NCBI GenBank assembly: GCA_963812605.1
Contig: CAWEWF010000014.1
Location: 544,001-608,000 of the forward strand
From: an uncultured Verrucomicrobiae bacterium
GTDB taxonomy: Bacteria; Verrucomicrobiota; Verrucomicrobiia; Palsa-1439
Length of the DNA: 64,000 nt
Direction of reading: 5' to 3'
The notes under the pieces are model-generated. The model was not told the origin of the DNA, made no database searches, and saw only the letters and a list, made by a program, of their open reading frames with translations. Shown here piece after piece: positions 22,352 through 33,395 of this stretch. The position numbers and the translations under genes were made by a program. How positions within the stretch are numbered: the stretch's first letter is position 1; the number at the start of each line of letters is the position of its first letter.

Positions 22352-22413
22352 GCGATGATAATTCCGTTGGACACACGTGATCAGTTGTTGCAGGAAAATT
22401 CATACCCGGACAT
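22352..22413 (-). repeat. Diverged duplicate of the livH 5' end
   Basis: Aligns to 21677-21741; encodes ~MSGYEIFLQQLITGVSNGIIIA (with small indels) versus LivH MSGSEIFLQQLIIGLSNGMIIA. Confidence 0.85.
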
Positions 22414-22489
22414 ATCGGCGAGACTCTAGCGACGCGGGGGTGCAGGGTCAATTACAGTGTACGGTTCGCGTACGCGTTACGACGCGCTG

Positions 22490-22666
22490 CTAGTAATCTC
22501 GGAGCGCCTTGCGCACGTCAAGCTCTTGAGTTGCGATACGGACGGCTTCGTCGAATTTGTCCTTTTGAACAATCTTCGCATCCACAAGCGCATCAATGAC
22601 CGACCGACCCGCAGAATCTCTGCTCGAAAGTTTTCTACTTGGAACATCTGGTTGTTCTTCACCCAT
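22490..22666 (-). CDS. Small hypothetical protein
   Basis: MGEEQPD...VIDALVDAKIVQKDKFDEAVRIATQELDVRKALRDY; directly downstream of livK. Confidence 0.5.
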   Translation of the reverse strand: MGEEQPDVPSRKLSSRDSAGRSVIDALVDAKIVQKDKFDEAVRIATQELDVRKALRDY

Positions 22667-22671
22667 GATAT

Positions 22672-23871
22672 TCACATCCCCACGATTTTTACGGGCGTGA
22701 ATTTGCCGTCTTTGATTTCTTCAACCGCCATGACCTTCAAAGAAGTGTCGCCGTTTTGGTCGAAGGACCACTTGCCGAGGCGCCGTCAAAGTTGCGGAGG
22801 TTGGTGATGGCTTCGGTGATCGCGGCGCGGTCTTTCTTCCCGGCGCGTTTCGAGGCCTTCGAGCACCACGCGCGCGGCTTCGTAGCCGTAAACGGCGTAG
22901 GCTTCGGGCTCGGCGTTGTATTTCTTTTTATAGTTCTCGTAGAAGTCCTTGCCGCGACCTGGAGTTCGTTCGGGGGCAGGCCGCCAAAGGTGACGTAGGT
23001 ACGGTCATCGAGGTTGTCATTCCCGGCGGAATCGATGAGGGCTTGTTCGCGGCAGCCGTCGGGGACCATGAACTTCACCTTCGCGCCGACGGCGACGGAA
23101 TCTTTAGCGAACTGGCCCGCATTCGTCTGGGTGGTGCCGCCGAAATAAACCAAATCGGCGTCAGTGCTTTTGACCTTCGTCATCGAGGGAGCGATAATTC
23201 GCCCGCCTTCGGGTCGATGCCTTCGTAGCCGACGACGTGAATGCCGAGTTTGATGCAGGCCCGCTTGAACACGTCCGCGACGCCTTTGCCGTAGAGTTCG
23301 CGGTCGTGAAGAACGAAGACTTTCTTCACGCCGAGTTCCTTGGCCCATTGCGCGGCGACTTCGCCCTGGATGTCGTCGGCGGGGACAACGCGGAAAAAAT
23401 TGATTTTGCCTGAGACGGGCGGTACACCGGGTTCATTGGCTTCACCGAGCCGGGTTTGGTGAGGACCGGGGTACGTGTGGCGGGGCTGACCATCAGAAGG
23501 GAGGCTTCGTTAAGAATCGGCATCGGAGATTTTCGCGGCACCGGAGTTGTACGGTGCCGATGTAGGCCATGATGTCGGGGTCTTGGACGGCTTTCTGCGC
23601 GTTCTGGCGCCTCAACGGCCAGGGTCCCGTTGACCACGCTGGGGAGAAGCGTCGTCCCAGTCTTCATAGGCAAAGTGAAATCGCCGATCTTGCCCCCGGC
23701 TTCGTCGATGGCCATGCGGATGCCATTGACTAGCGTGGTGCTTCGCGCGGTCGCGCTACCTGTGCGTGGCAGGCTGGAGACGATTTTGATGAAGGGCGAA
23801 TCGGCGGCGTGCGCCAGGGAACAGATCATCGCACAGAATCTCAGGGAGCAAAGAAGGAACAATCGTTTCAT
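22672..23871 (-). CDS. livK: Branched-chain amino acid ABC substrate-binding protein (multiple frameshifts)
   Basis: Signal peptide, IKIVSSLPRTGS, NFFRVVPADDIQG, YAVYGYEAA, WSFDQNGDT fragments spread over several frames. Confidence 0.85.
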
Positions 23872-24028
23872 GGGGGCTTATGTGTCACAAAGACCCGGGC
23901 GCCTGCAATCTCAAAGGCCTGCTAAATCAGAGGTTAGCCATCCGGCGAGCCAAGCAAATTGAGAAATCCCGGAAAAAGCTTTTAAAAAACTGCCTGAAAT
24001 GATAACGTTTGCAGCCGGACGGATTTCT

Positions 24029-27000
24029 GTGAAAGAGCACACCATTCTGGGACTTGTGGCCGGGTTGACCTTGTGCTTGCAACCTGTGTTCACGGACAGA
24101 CCTTGTCGATACGAGCGGACCAAGCAGGCAGAACGATTTACGGCAGTGGCGGCACGAATTACGTTGGATCCCCCGGGCCCAACTGGGGGCCGCGGGTTGG
24201 GAGCTTCGGGCAAGGATCGGTACTTGTCCTGCCGTTCCAACTCCCGACACTGTCCGCCGGAGCGCAGTTCGCCACGGCCGATTTCCAAGTCTGGCTCTAC
24301 GACATTACCGGTCAGACGAATGTTCCCTTCCAGGTTGACTTATACGGACTGGCCTCGCGAAATACGAACACCGTTCTGGCCGCTGATTTCTACGTGAGCG
24401 GCGCGCCTGATCCCAGCAATACGTTGATCCAAGCGCGATATCTGACCCCTGTGTCAACGAACGGCCACGGCTCCATCAGCATTTCCGGGGGCGTGACGAC
24501 TCCTCCGTCAATTGTGACCGGGGCCGGCGGGAGCAGCGCATTGGTGAGCTACCTCAATGCCCAGTACAACAGCGGCGGGAGCGGGACGGTGAATTTCTTG
24601 CGGCTCAGTCCCGCGACGAATGTCTTTAACGGCAACTACGCGTACGATCCGCTGACATCGTTTGCCGGAGAGAGCCATGCACATCCGTTGCTTGAGTACA
24701 CGACGACGACAACAAACAGCGTGCCGTTTCGACCACGAACAGACGATCAATCTGGTGTTTCCCGTGCAAGGCCTGGCCTACGCCAAATTGGATGTTGCAC
24801 CGGCACGGATCAGCGTGACGCCAATTTCGCCGGAGGGCATCACCGCTCCTTCGGTCGCAATCCGACGGTCCCGGTAACCTACCAATACACTTTCCCGCCC
24901 AACACAACGATCACGATTGCCAAGAATCAATTCACGGGGACAGCGCCCAACACGGACATCCAGTTCAGCACCATCGACTATACCGGTCAGATCATCACCG
25001 GCCATCTGGTATCCACGCTGGCACTCGACGGCAGCACCTGGAATGTCCAGGTCTACGACGTGGCCGCCTCGAACACCAACGGCCTCAGCCCGCTGATTCC
25101 TGATCCCTACCAGGCACGGCGCCGCCACCCGTCACCGGGTCGTTCCCGCTCGTGGCGCCGTTGGATCAAGCGATGATCACGACACCCGTCGTCCCGTCTT
25201 TACTTGGGCGTCGGTAGCCGGGGCGGTGAAGTACGACCTTTATCTCAACATTAGCCGCACGGACTACGACTGGATGGCTCCGGGAAGTTTGCTTGACCGC
25301 TACACGCTGGTTGTCACAGTCACGGCCAGGCACCACGTACTGGCTCCAACAGGACCTGCCGGATCGCTGGACATATAAATGGTACGTCGTTGCGACTGAC
25401 GGTTCGAACGTCACGAGTCGTTCCGATCTCCGCACGTTCAGCGTCTACCTACCAAATGTAACGACGGTGGCGGATGGCACACCAATCATCAACGGCATGC
25501 GCGACCTTAACAGGGACGGCATTATCGAGCCGTATGAGGACTGGCATAATCCGCCCGCTGTGCGCGTCGCCGACCTCTTGTCGCGAATGACATTGCATGA
25601 GAAAGCCATGCAACTCTTCTTCAATGCCCAGGTTTATCCGAAATGCCGGTTTCGCCTTTGGTCGATTCCAAGCGAGCGATTTGTTGAACTATCAGTTGGC
25701 GGCCGCCACGAATCGCCTGGGAATTCCTTTCCTTTCCGCCCGGCGACACCGTCGCCGGGTACAAGACAACGTACCCGACCGAACCGGGTCTTGCGGCGAC
25801 GCGCGACCTGAATTCAATCTGGGCCGTCACCGATGTCCAACGGCGCGAGTCGGTCGCCATCGGTTATCGCGGCACGCTTTCGCCACTCGCCGAGGTAGGC
25901 ACCAAGGTGCTGTATCCGCGGATCCAGGAAGGCGGCGGTGAAGATGCCGACCTGGTGGCCGGAAAATCATTCGCGCGATGGTCGTCGGGTTGCAGGGCGG
26001 GCCGGTAATAACCCGCAGTCGATCATGATTACCACCAAGCATTGGCCCGGTGAGGGTGCCGGCGGCGAAAGCGGAATCGTTTATGATGGAACGACCATTC
26101 ACTATCACATGCGCCCGTGGCACGCGGCCATCGAAGCCGGCACCAGCGTCATTATGCCTGGTTATGCCGGAGCATTCTGCTTGGGCCGCAAGGCTTCGGC
26201 GCCTGCGACAATCCATCGATTATCGCCTACCTGCGAACCAATATGAATTACACCGGCGTCATCTGCACCGATTGGCTGCCCCCGGCGATTGGGTCCAGGC
26301 GGAGGAGGCCGTTTGAACGTCATGGGGGGCGCTGATCCAACGCAGATGGGAACGTTTGAGACGGATGTGCCCGAAAGCCCGTGGTATTGATGAGGCTGTC
26401 AGCCGTGTGCTCGACCTCAAGTTCCGCATGGGCATCTTCGAAGATCCGTACGGGAGCAACGTCAACGGCACCGTGACATGGCACACGCCGCAGAATGTCG
26501 CGGTGGTGCATCAGACAGCGGTGGAATCCCTGACGCTGCTGAAAAACGACGGTGTCCTGCCGCTCCGTCTGCCAGCCCGGCAGCGCCATCGTGGTGGCCG
26601 GCCCGCGTGCCGACGATCCCTCGTGTATGGTGACGTGGCGCAGCGATTTCCATAACACGGACTTCGGCAGCAAGACCATTTACCAGGCGATTGTCGCCCG
26701 CGCGGCCCAGGATGGCATCACCGTCTACAAGAATGCCGCGCCTGTCGGAACCAATGTGGCAGCCGCGATTGTGGTGGTCGGCGAGAGTTACTACACGCAC
26801 GGCACGTATTGGGACGATAACAGCCCATATCTTCCGGATGATCCGATCGGACCACCGCACGATACCAACGACGCGCCGCAATACGGCATCATCCAGGCGT
26901 TCCGCAGCAACAACGTCCCGACCACGACCATCTGCTTGCTCCCGCGGCCCTATGTGTTGACGAACGTGGCCGCGCTCAGTGACGCGTTGATGGTGGTGTA

Positions 27001-28692
27001 TCGACCCGGCGATGAAGGCGGCCCCGCGGTTGCCGAGACGCTGTTTGGCGATCATTTGCCGTCGGGTAAGACGCCGTGGCAGTTGCCGCGCGGGATGGAT
27101 CAGGTGGGCAACGATGACTCCGCGAACTGGAACAACCAGCCTGACAAGTGGGATCTCCCATTCGATTTGGGGGCGACCACGGCGGAGTTGAGTCAAATCC
27201 GATCCAATATCGCAGCCGGATTACCTGTCCCGCCCACGACCGGTGATCCGCTCTTTCAATACGGTTCCGGCATTTCAGGGGTTCGGCCTGACCGACACCA
27301 ATGCGCCGCTGGCGTTCACGCTATTGACGCCAACCAACGGCCAGAACGTCGCCGGTGCCATCCCGACCTTTACGTGGCAACCCAGTTCGGATCCGGATAC
27401 CGGCATCGCGCGCTACGAACTCTATGTGGACAACACTTTGGTCGCCAGCAACCATAATAGCACCTCCTATTCGCTGACCGGCACCATTTTGGGCAATGGA
27501 GCCCACACTTGGTACGTGGACGCCTACAATTGGGCCGGCGGTGTCACTACATCACCGACCTTCACGTTTACGATCAATGACGTGGTTCCGCCCACAGCAT
27601 TCCTTACCTTGCTGCCGACGGACGGCACGACGGTAAACACCCTCAACGCCGTGGTCTTTTATTGGGAGCAAACCACGGACAGCGGCACCGGCGTCGCCGA
27701 TTATATTCTGCAGATTGACGGGACCAATGTCGTCACGGTCACTCCGAGTGCATATGTGTCGCCCACCAAGAATCTCGCGCTTGGGCAGACGGCCTACGCC
27801 AGTTCCACGAGCTTCGGCACTCCCGGTGCCGCGGTGGATGGTGATCTGACGACGCGCTGGTCCAGTGACTGGGTTGCCGTGTCAAACGCCGACACCGAGT
27901 GGTTCGCCGTTGATCTGGGGGCGACCTATTCGATCAAGGAAGTTGTCCTCATGTGGGAAGCCGCCTACGGGAAGGAATACCTGATTCAAGTTTCCAACGA
28001 TAATGCCAAGCTGGAACACGATCTATCACAAGACCGGCGGCACGGGAGGCACCAATGACCTCACAGGCCTTGTCGGCGCCGGCGGGTACGTCCGCATGCA
28101 GGGGGTCCAGCGCGGCACCGGGTATGGCTACTCGCTGTGGGAATTTCAGGTCTTTGGCCTGGGCACCGAAGCAGCGGCGGCTTCTGTCCCGACCGGGACC
28201 AACACCTGGCAGGTCCAAGCGGTTGACGGCGCCGGCAACGTTGCTGCCAACAGCAATGGTGCTCTCACCATCATCGGCCCGCTCACGCCGCTCCAGCAGT
28301 GGCGTCAAACAAATTTCAGCACGCTCAACGCCAACGACCCTATCGGCGGTGACACCGCCAATCCTGCCGGCGATGGGCTAGCGAATCTTCTGAAGTATGG
28401 ACTTGGCCTCGACCCGCACCAAGCTGTGACCGCAGGCCTGCCGACGACGTCGCTATCGAATGGCACCTATCTCAGCCTCACGTTCACCAGGCTCAAGAGC
28501 GCCACGGACATCACCTACCATGTCGAAGTAAGCGGCGACTTGAAGGCTTGGAACGAAATCTGGAACAGCCTCGTTGTCCCCTACGGCGGCGGAACCAGCC
28601 CGTCGCAACAAGTCACGGTCATGGACGGCGTCCCAATCTCCGCGGCTCCCGGCGGTTGCCGGTTCCTCCGTCTCCGGGTTTCCCGGCCTTAG
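24029..28692 (+). CDS. Large secreted GH3 glycoside hydrolase with FN3-like repeats, F5/8 type C (CBM32) and C-terminal sorting-type domain; fragmented by frameshifts
   Basis: DLNRDGIIEPYEDW...RVADLLSRMTLHEK, TKHWPG, YTGVICTDW, ESLTLLKNDGVLPL, AVDGDLTTRWSS...WEAAYGKEY...YGYSLWEFQVFG, GDGLANLLKYGLGLDP...FLRLRV. Confidence 0.8.
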
Positions 28693-28825
28693 TTACCACG
28701 GCGCTTTGGGTGCTGAAAACGCTTGCATTTTTGTGCTAAATTTGTAGTATCGATTTTGGAGAAGCAGTGTAGCGAAGTACGGGCGAGTTAAACAAGAGAC
28801 CGAGTCTCAGTGGGAGGGCCATGGT

Positions 28826-29587
28826 ATGCAAACGTTTGCTTGGAAGCGAGTTGGCGGGATCTTCTCGAACTTTTTCGGTAAGTCTTTTTTCGCAATTGCG
28901 GCCGCACTGGCTGCGTTTGTCCTAACCGCTGGTTCAAGTCGGGCGGACACTTTCCTCCAACTCGATTTCACCCATTCGGGTGGACCAGTCACGGCGGGAT
29001 ATACCGGTGTGAACGGCAATTTTCTCGCCGATACGCCGAGCGCAGGCACCAACGTTGGCGCGTACACCTTTTCCATCGACCACGTTGGTGTTTATGACAA
29101 TGGTTCGGGCGCTACCGAGCCTTTGACCGCTTCCGGGTTCTATACATTTGGCAATGGCAATAGCGGCCTTGACCATGCCTTCAGCCTCAGCGGTCTGAAT
29201 GCGGGTGATACGGTAACGCTTTATGCGGTCGCTGCCTGGGACGGGAACGGCAGGGGTGGATATGTTATGTTTGGCAACAGCGGCACCAACGGGGTGCAGG
29301 CCCAGACCATCGGTGATCCTGGCACGGCCCCGGGCCTTACGAATTACACCGTGATCGGAACTGGGATCGCCGGCGCGGGCGGCATTCTGCAAGGCACACT
29401 GAATGGAGCTGCTGGTGTCTATACCACCTCTAATGGCAGCGGCACGAATTTCGTCAATGGCCAGGAGGGCCAGGTTGGCGCGTTTGTATTTGATATCGCT
29501 CCGGTCGCCGTCCCCGAACCTTCCACCTTCGTCATGCTGGGTTTGGGTGGTGTGGTGCTGTGTTTCTTGCGCCGCAAGAAAGCGTGA
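28826..29587 (+). CDS. PEP-CTERM sorting-domain surface protein
   Basis: Signal peptide; C-terminal VPEPSTFVMLGLGGVVLCFLRRKKA. Confidence 0.92.
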   Translation: MQTFAWKRVGGIFSNFFGKSFFAIAAALAAFVLTAGSSRADTFLQLDFTHSGGPVTAGYTGVNGNFLADTPSAGTNVGAYTFSIDHVGVYDNGSGATEPLTASGFYTFGNGNSGLDHAFSLSGLNAGDTVTLYAVAAWDGNGRGGYVMFGNSGTNGVQAQTIGDPGTAPGLTNYTVIGTGIAGAGGILQGTLNGAAGVYTTSNGSGTNFVNGQEGQVGAFVFDIAPVAVPEPSTFVMLGLGGVVLCFLRRKKA

Positions 29588-29712
29588 TCGGTTTCACAAG
29601 CGATTTCCAAGAAACTGGGCAACGATCCGCGCCAACAGCAGCGCGGTTGAGTCGTCCATGACGACTATTCCATTCGCTCATTGAATCACCAACCGTTGAA
29701 TCGTGTAGCTGG

Positions 29713-31325
29713 TCAGCGCGGTTGGTGAATCGTTGGTGACAGATGCCTTCGCGCGGTCGATGATTGGTCGTGGCGGGCCGTGCGGAAGGAGATGCCGGTA
29801 AACGCGGCTGTCGGCGCTGGCAATGGCTGATTTTTTGCGACGGGCGCACTCGATTTGAACAGCGTAAATTTGCCGGTCCTGGCATTGGCTTCAATTCGGC
29901 AAGCCAGCCGATCGCTCGTGAAGTCTTTCTTCGTCAATTCCCAGCGAACGGGGCATCGGTTGGTCGATCCGCTGAGTAATTCGATTTCGAGGGGCGTGTC
30001 ACCGACCTGGTTGGCGAACACGTCAAATGAGATGGTGACTTTCATCCTTGCCGGGAAGACTTGAAACGCCCGGGCGTAATCGTGGGGGTCGCGGTCTTCC
30101 AGACTCACTTCGGGAGCTTTGGTTAAACTGACGGGCGCCCATTTTGGACTGTATGTGTTCCAGGCGTCGGCGCTGTTTGTAAGCGGGATGCGGCTGATCC
30201 AGATGTCCTCTTTGTTGACGCTGTAAGCGACCCACAGGGCATCGTCTTTCCATGAGCCATCGTTCGACCATTCGGAGATGCCGCGAACATATTGGGGGCC
30301 GACGTTCTTGTTCAGGCCGACATAGCGCTGAAGCGGCAATTCGCCGTGAACGACCCGCATGTCGTGGAACGTGACGCCATCGTCGCTCGTAACCATGACC
30401 AGCGGGAAGCGGTTTTTATGGTCGGGATTGTAGACCAGCGCGTACCGGTTGTCGGAGGTGCGTTGGCCCCAGATTTGCCGGTGCCGGTGACCAGGGATTG
30501 CGGGATAACCGGCGGCGACCACGCGTCGCCATCGTTCGTCGAGATTGTGACCCAGCCTTTCTTGCAGATGCCGACGAGCGCGCCATCTTTGCGGTGGAAA
30601 AAGGAGAACGCCTTCAATGTCATGTCCTTGTCGTTGGATTCATGCCACTTCATGCGGCGGTCGCCCAGCAGCGCGCCGTAATCCTGTTGCTCAAGGAACG
30701 GGCGGTTGGCAAGTAGTTGATTGCACGCTTCGACGAAACCCTTGTCGGCGGAATTCGTGAAGAACTCGTTCCCAACCAGAGGCGTTGGCGTCAGGAGTGT
30801 GAACCAAGGGCCGAGCGTGTGATCGGCCAGTATCTCGCGGACGACCAGCGTGTCGCGGTTCTTGTCGGTCAGCTTGACCTCGCCACGGCGGAGCCCGGCG
30901 ATGGCCAGCATCCGGCCGTTCGGAGCGTGAAAGAAATGCATGCGCAACGGATTCGACACGCCTTGCGGGAACAGTTCGATCGGAGCCGACCAAGTGAAAC
31001 CATCCGTGGATGTGCTGTACACTTCGCGCCAGGGCCAGGTATCTTCGTCCTTCTCGCCCGAACTCCACGCCACGTACAAGCGGCCCTTCCAGCAGGCCAT
31101 GTCGATATGATGATTGTAGGTCCAGCCCTTGCCGTCGGCCAGTTCGGGTTTGTCGCGCGAGGCGCGGAAGATTTGGATGTTTCTAACGCCGATGGCCGGC
31201 GGCAGACCGCCATCGGGCAGGTTCGTGTCGATCTGGCTTTGCTCCAGGCCCTGAATCTGAATCGGGTCTCCAAACGCTGGAGCGATGGCGAGCGGCAGCA
31301 AAAGAATTAGTGGACGCAATCTCAT
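29713..31325 (-). CDS. Secreted BNR/sialidase-like beta-propeller glycosidase (frameshift ~30480)
   Basis: Signal peptide, YNHH, STDGFTW and STNDGDAW Asp-boxes, RFPLVMVTSDDG, GPQYVRGI, YSVNKEDIW. Confidence 0.8.
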
Positions 31326-31416
31326 CGGACACCGGCGCACAATGGCGCAACTCTCCGATTATACAGAAAACCGCTGGCTTGCCAATGGGTGGGCAGCGTG
31401 TTAGAAGGGCACCCAC

Positions 31417-32742
31417 ATGCTGAAGCAGCAGCAGACCATCAAACATCCCGTGTCGTTCTCGGGGATTGGCATCCACACGGGGTCGCAGGTCAACATGACC
31501 TGGAAACCCGCGCCGCTGGATCATGGCATCAAGTTTGTTCGCGTCGATCTCGAGGGACGGCCTGAAATTGACCCGAATATCCGCAACATCGGCGACACGA
31601 CGCGCTGGACGACCATCGGCACCAACGGGACGGTCGTTCACACCGTCGAGCACGTGCTGGCGACGCTGAACGGGTACGGGATCGACAACCTGATTATCGA
31701 GCTGGACGCGAGCGAACCGCCCGTGGGCGACGGCAGCGCGCTGCCGTACGTGAAGCTGGTCAAGCAAGCGGGCATCCAGCCGCAGGAAGGCAAGCGCGAG
31801 ATTTTTCGGCCGCAGGAGATGGTGCATGTCGAGGTGGGCGACTCGCTAGCGGTGGTGGTGCCGAGCGACACGTTGCGGATCAGTTGCACCATTCATTACG
31901 GTAAACCCGGGCTCGACGCGCAGTTTCTGAGTCTCGCCATCGAACCGGAAACATTTGAATCGCAGATTTCGCCTGCGCGGACGTTTGCGCTCTACGAAGA
32001 GATTCAGCATCTCATTGATCACGGATTGATCAAGGGCGGCAGCCTTGAGAACGCAGTGTTGATCCGCAATGAGAGCATCCTCGCGACCGAGCCGTTGCGG
32101 TTCCGCGATGAATTCGTGCGACACAAGATTCTCGACGTGCTCGGCGATATCGTATTGCTCGGACGCCCGCTGGCGGCGCATATCATCACCATTCGGCCGG
32201 GACATTCCTGCAATGCGGCCCTGACCAAGGCGCTGGCGAAGGTGATGGAGAAAGAGCAGCCCGCGCCGGTTTCGTTCGCGCCGCCCATGACGGCGGACAT
32301 GCCGATGGAACAAGCGATGGACATCGTGCAACTGCTGAACGTGCTGCCGCATCGCTATCCGTTCTTGCTGGTTGACCGTATCATCAAGATCGAGGGCGAA
32401 GAGAAAATCATCGGACTCAAGAACGTGACGATGAATGAGCCGTTCTTTCAGGGACATTTCCCCGGTTATCCGATCATGCCCGGTGTTTTGCAGTTGGAAG
32501 CGATGGCGCAGGTCGCGGGCGTGTTGATGCTGCGCTCCGGCGAGAATGCCGGCAAGGTCGCGTACTTCATGAGCGCCAACAACGTGAAATGGCGCAAGCC
32601 CGTTCGCCCCGGCGATCAACTCATCATCGAAATCGAAATGGGCCGCGCCCGCGGCAAGATCGCCAAAGCCAAAGGCGTCTGCAAAGTGGCCGGCGAAGTG
32701 GTCAGCGAAGCGGAAGTGATGTTTAGCGTGGTGGACGGGTAG
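31417..32742 (+). CDS. lpxC/fabZ: Bifunctional UDP-3-O-acyl-GlcNAc deacetylase / 3-hydroxyacyl-ACP dehydratase
   Basis: GIGIHTG, TVEHVLA, DGSA, RHKILD (LpxC); LPHRYPFLLVD, GHFPGYPIMPGVL (FabZ). Confidence 0.97.
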   Translation: MLKQQQTIKHPVSFSGIGIHTGSQVNMTWKPAPLDHGIKFVRVDLEGRPEIDPNIRNIGDTTRWTTIGTNGTVVHTVEHVLATLNGYGIDNLIIELDASEPPVGDGSALPYVKLVKQAGIQPQEGKREIFRPQEMVHVEVGDSLAVVVPSDTLRISCTIHYGKPGLDAQFLSLAIEPETFESQISPARTFALYEEIQHLIDHGLIKGGSLENAVLIRNESILATEPLRFRDEFVRHKILDVLGDIVLLGRPLAAHIITIRPGHSCNAALTKALAKVMEKEQPAPVSFAPPMTADMPMEQAMDIVQLLNVLPHRYPFLLVDRIIKIEGEEKIIGLKNVTMNEPFFQGHFPGYPIMPGVLQLEAMAQVAGVLMLRSGENAGKVAYFMSANNVKWRKPVRPGDQLIIEIEMGRARGKIAKAKGVCKVAGEVVSEAEVMFSVVDG

Positions 32743-32869
32743 AAGCACGAAGGACACGAAGACGGCGATTGAATCATCAAGGGTGGGGATCTGTAAGTGG
32801 TAAGGCGCTGAGCGGGAGGCAACAGGATTGCCCTTGTCGCGTGTCTTCGCGCCTTGTAATGTTTGCATC

Positions 32870-33265
32870 ATGAGACTTCCGCTCTACTTGTGCCTGGCCG
32901 CGATTCTCACGGTGGCCGGTGCAGCCGCGCGCGCAGAGCGCATGGACGGCACGAAGTGGAAGGTCAAAGTCACGCCTGACGAGGAATCCGCCAAGAAGGG
33001 AGCGAAAGGATTCGACGACGAATTCATCTTCGCCGAGGGCCGCTTCACCTCCACCACAATGCTCGCCCGCGGATTCAAAGCGGGTCCGTACCGGTACGAG
33101 ACCGAAGATGCCGACGTCGAATGGGCGGCCGACAAGCAAAATGACACGACAGACCTGGCTGGCTGGGGCGGCCGCGTCGACGGCAAGACCGCGAGTGGCA
33201 ATTTCCACTGGCAGAAAAGGGACGGCACATCACTTTTCTTCAAGTTTACCGGCACAAAGGAGTGA
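32870..33265 (+). CDS. Small secreted hypothetical protein
   Basis: Signal peptide ending AARA; beta-rich mature part. Confidence 0.7.
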   Translation: MRLPLYLCLAAILTVAGAAARAERMDGTKWKVKVTPDEESAKKGAKGFDDEFIFAEGRFTSTTMLARGFKAGPYRYETEDADVEWAADKQNDTTDLAGWGGRVDGKTASGNFHWQKRDGTSLFFKFTGTKE

Positions 33266-33395
33266 CAGAACTCGTTGTCGTTGCGATGTCTGGAAATTGG
33301 AAGCCCTTCGAGACCGCAGCGCCGACATTTTGCAGCTTTCCTTTCGAGACCGGGTCAAGTATCCTTCCCTTCAGGTCGCAGATCGAATTACGAAT

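Noticed and set aside
31417-32742. LpxC-FabZ fusion as a novelty
   Set aside because: Well-known fusion in Bacteroidota and several other phyla.
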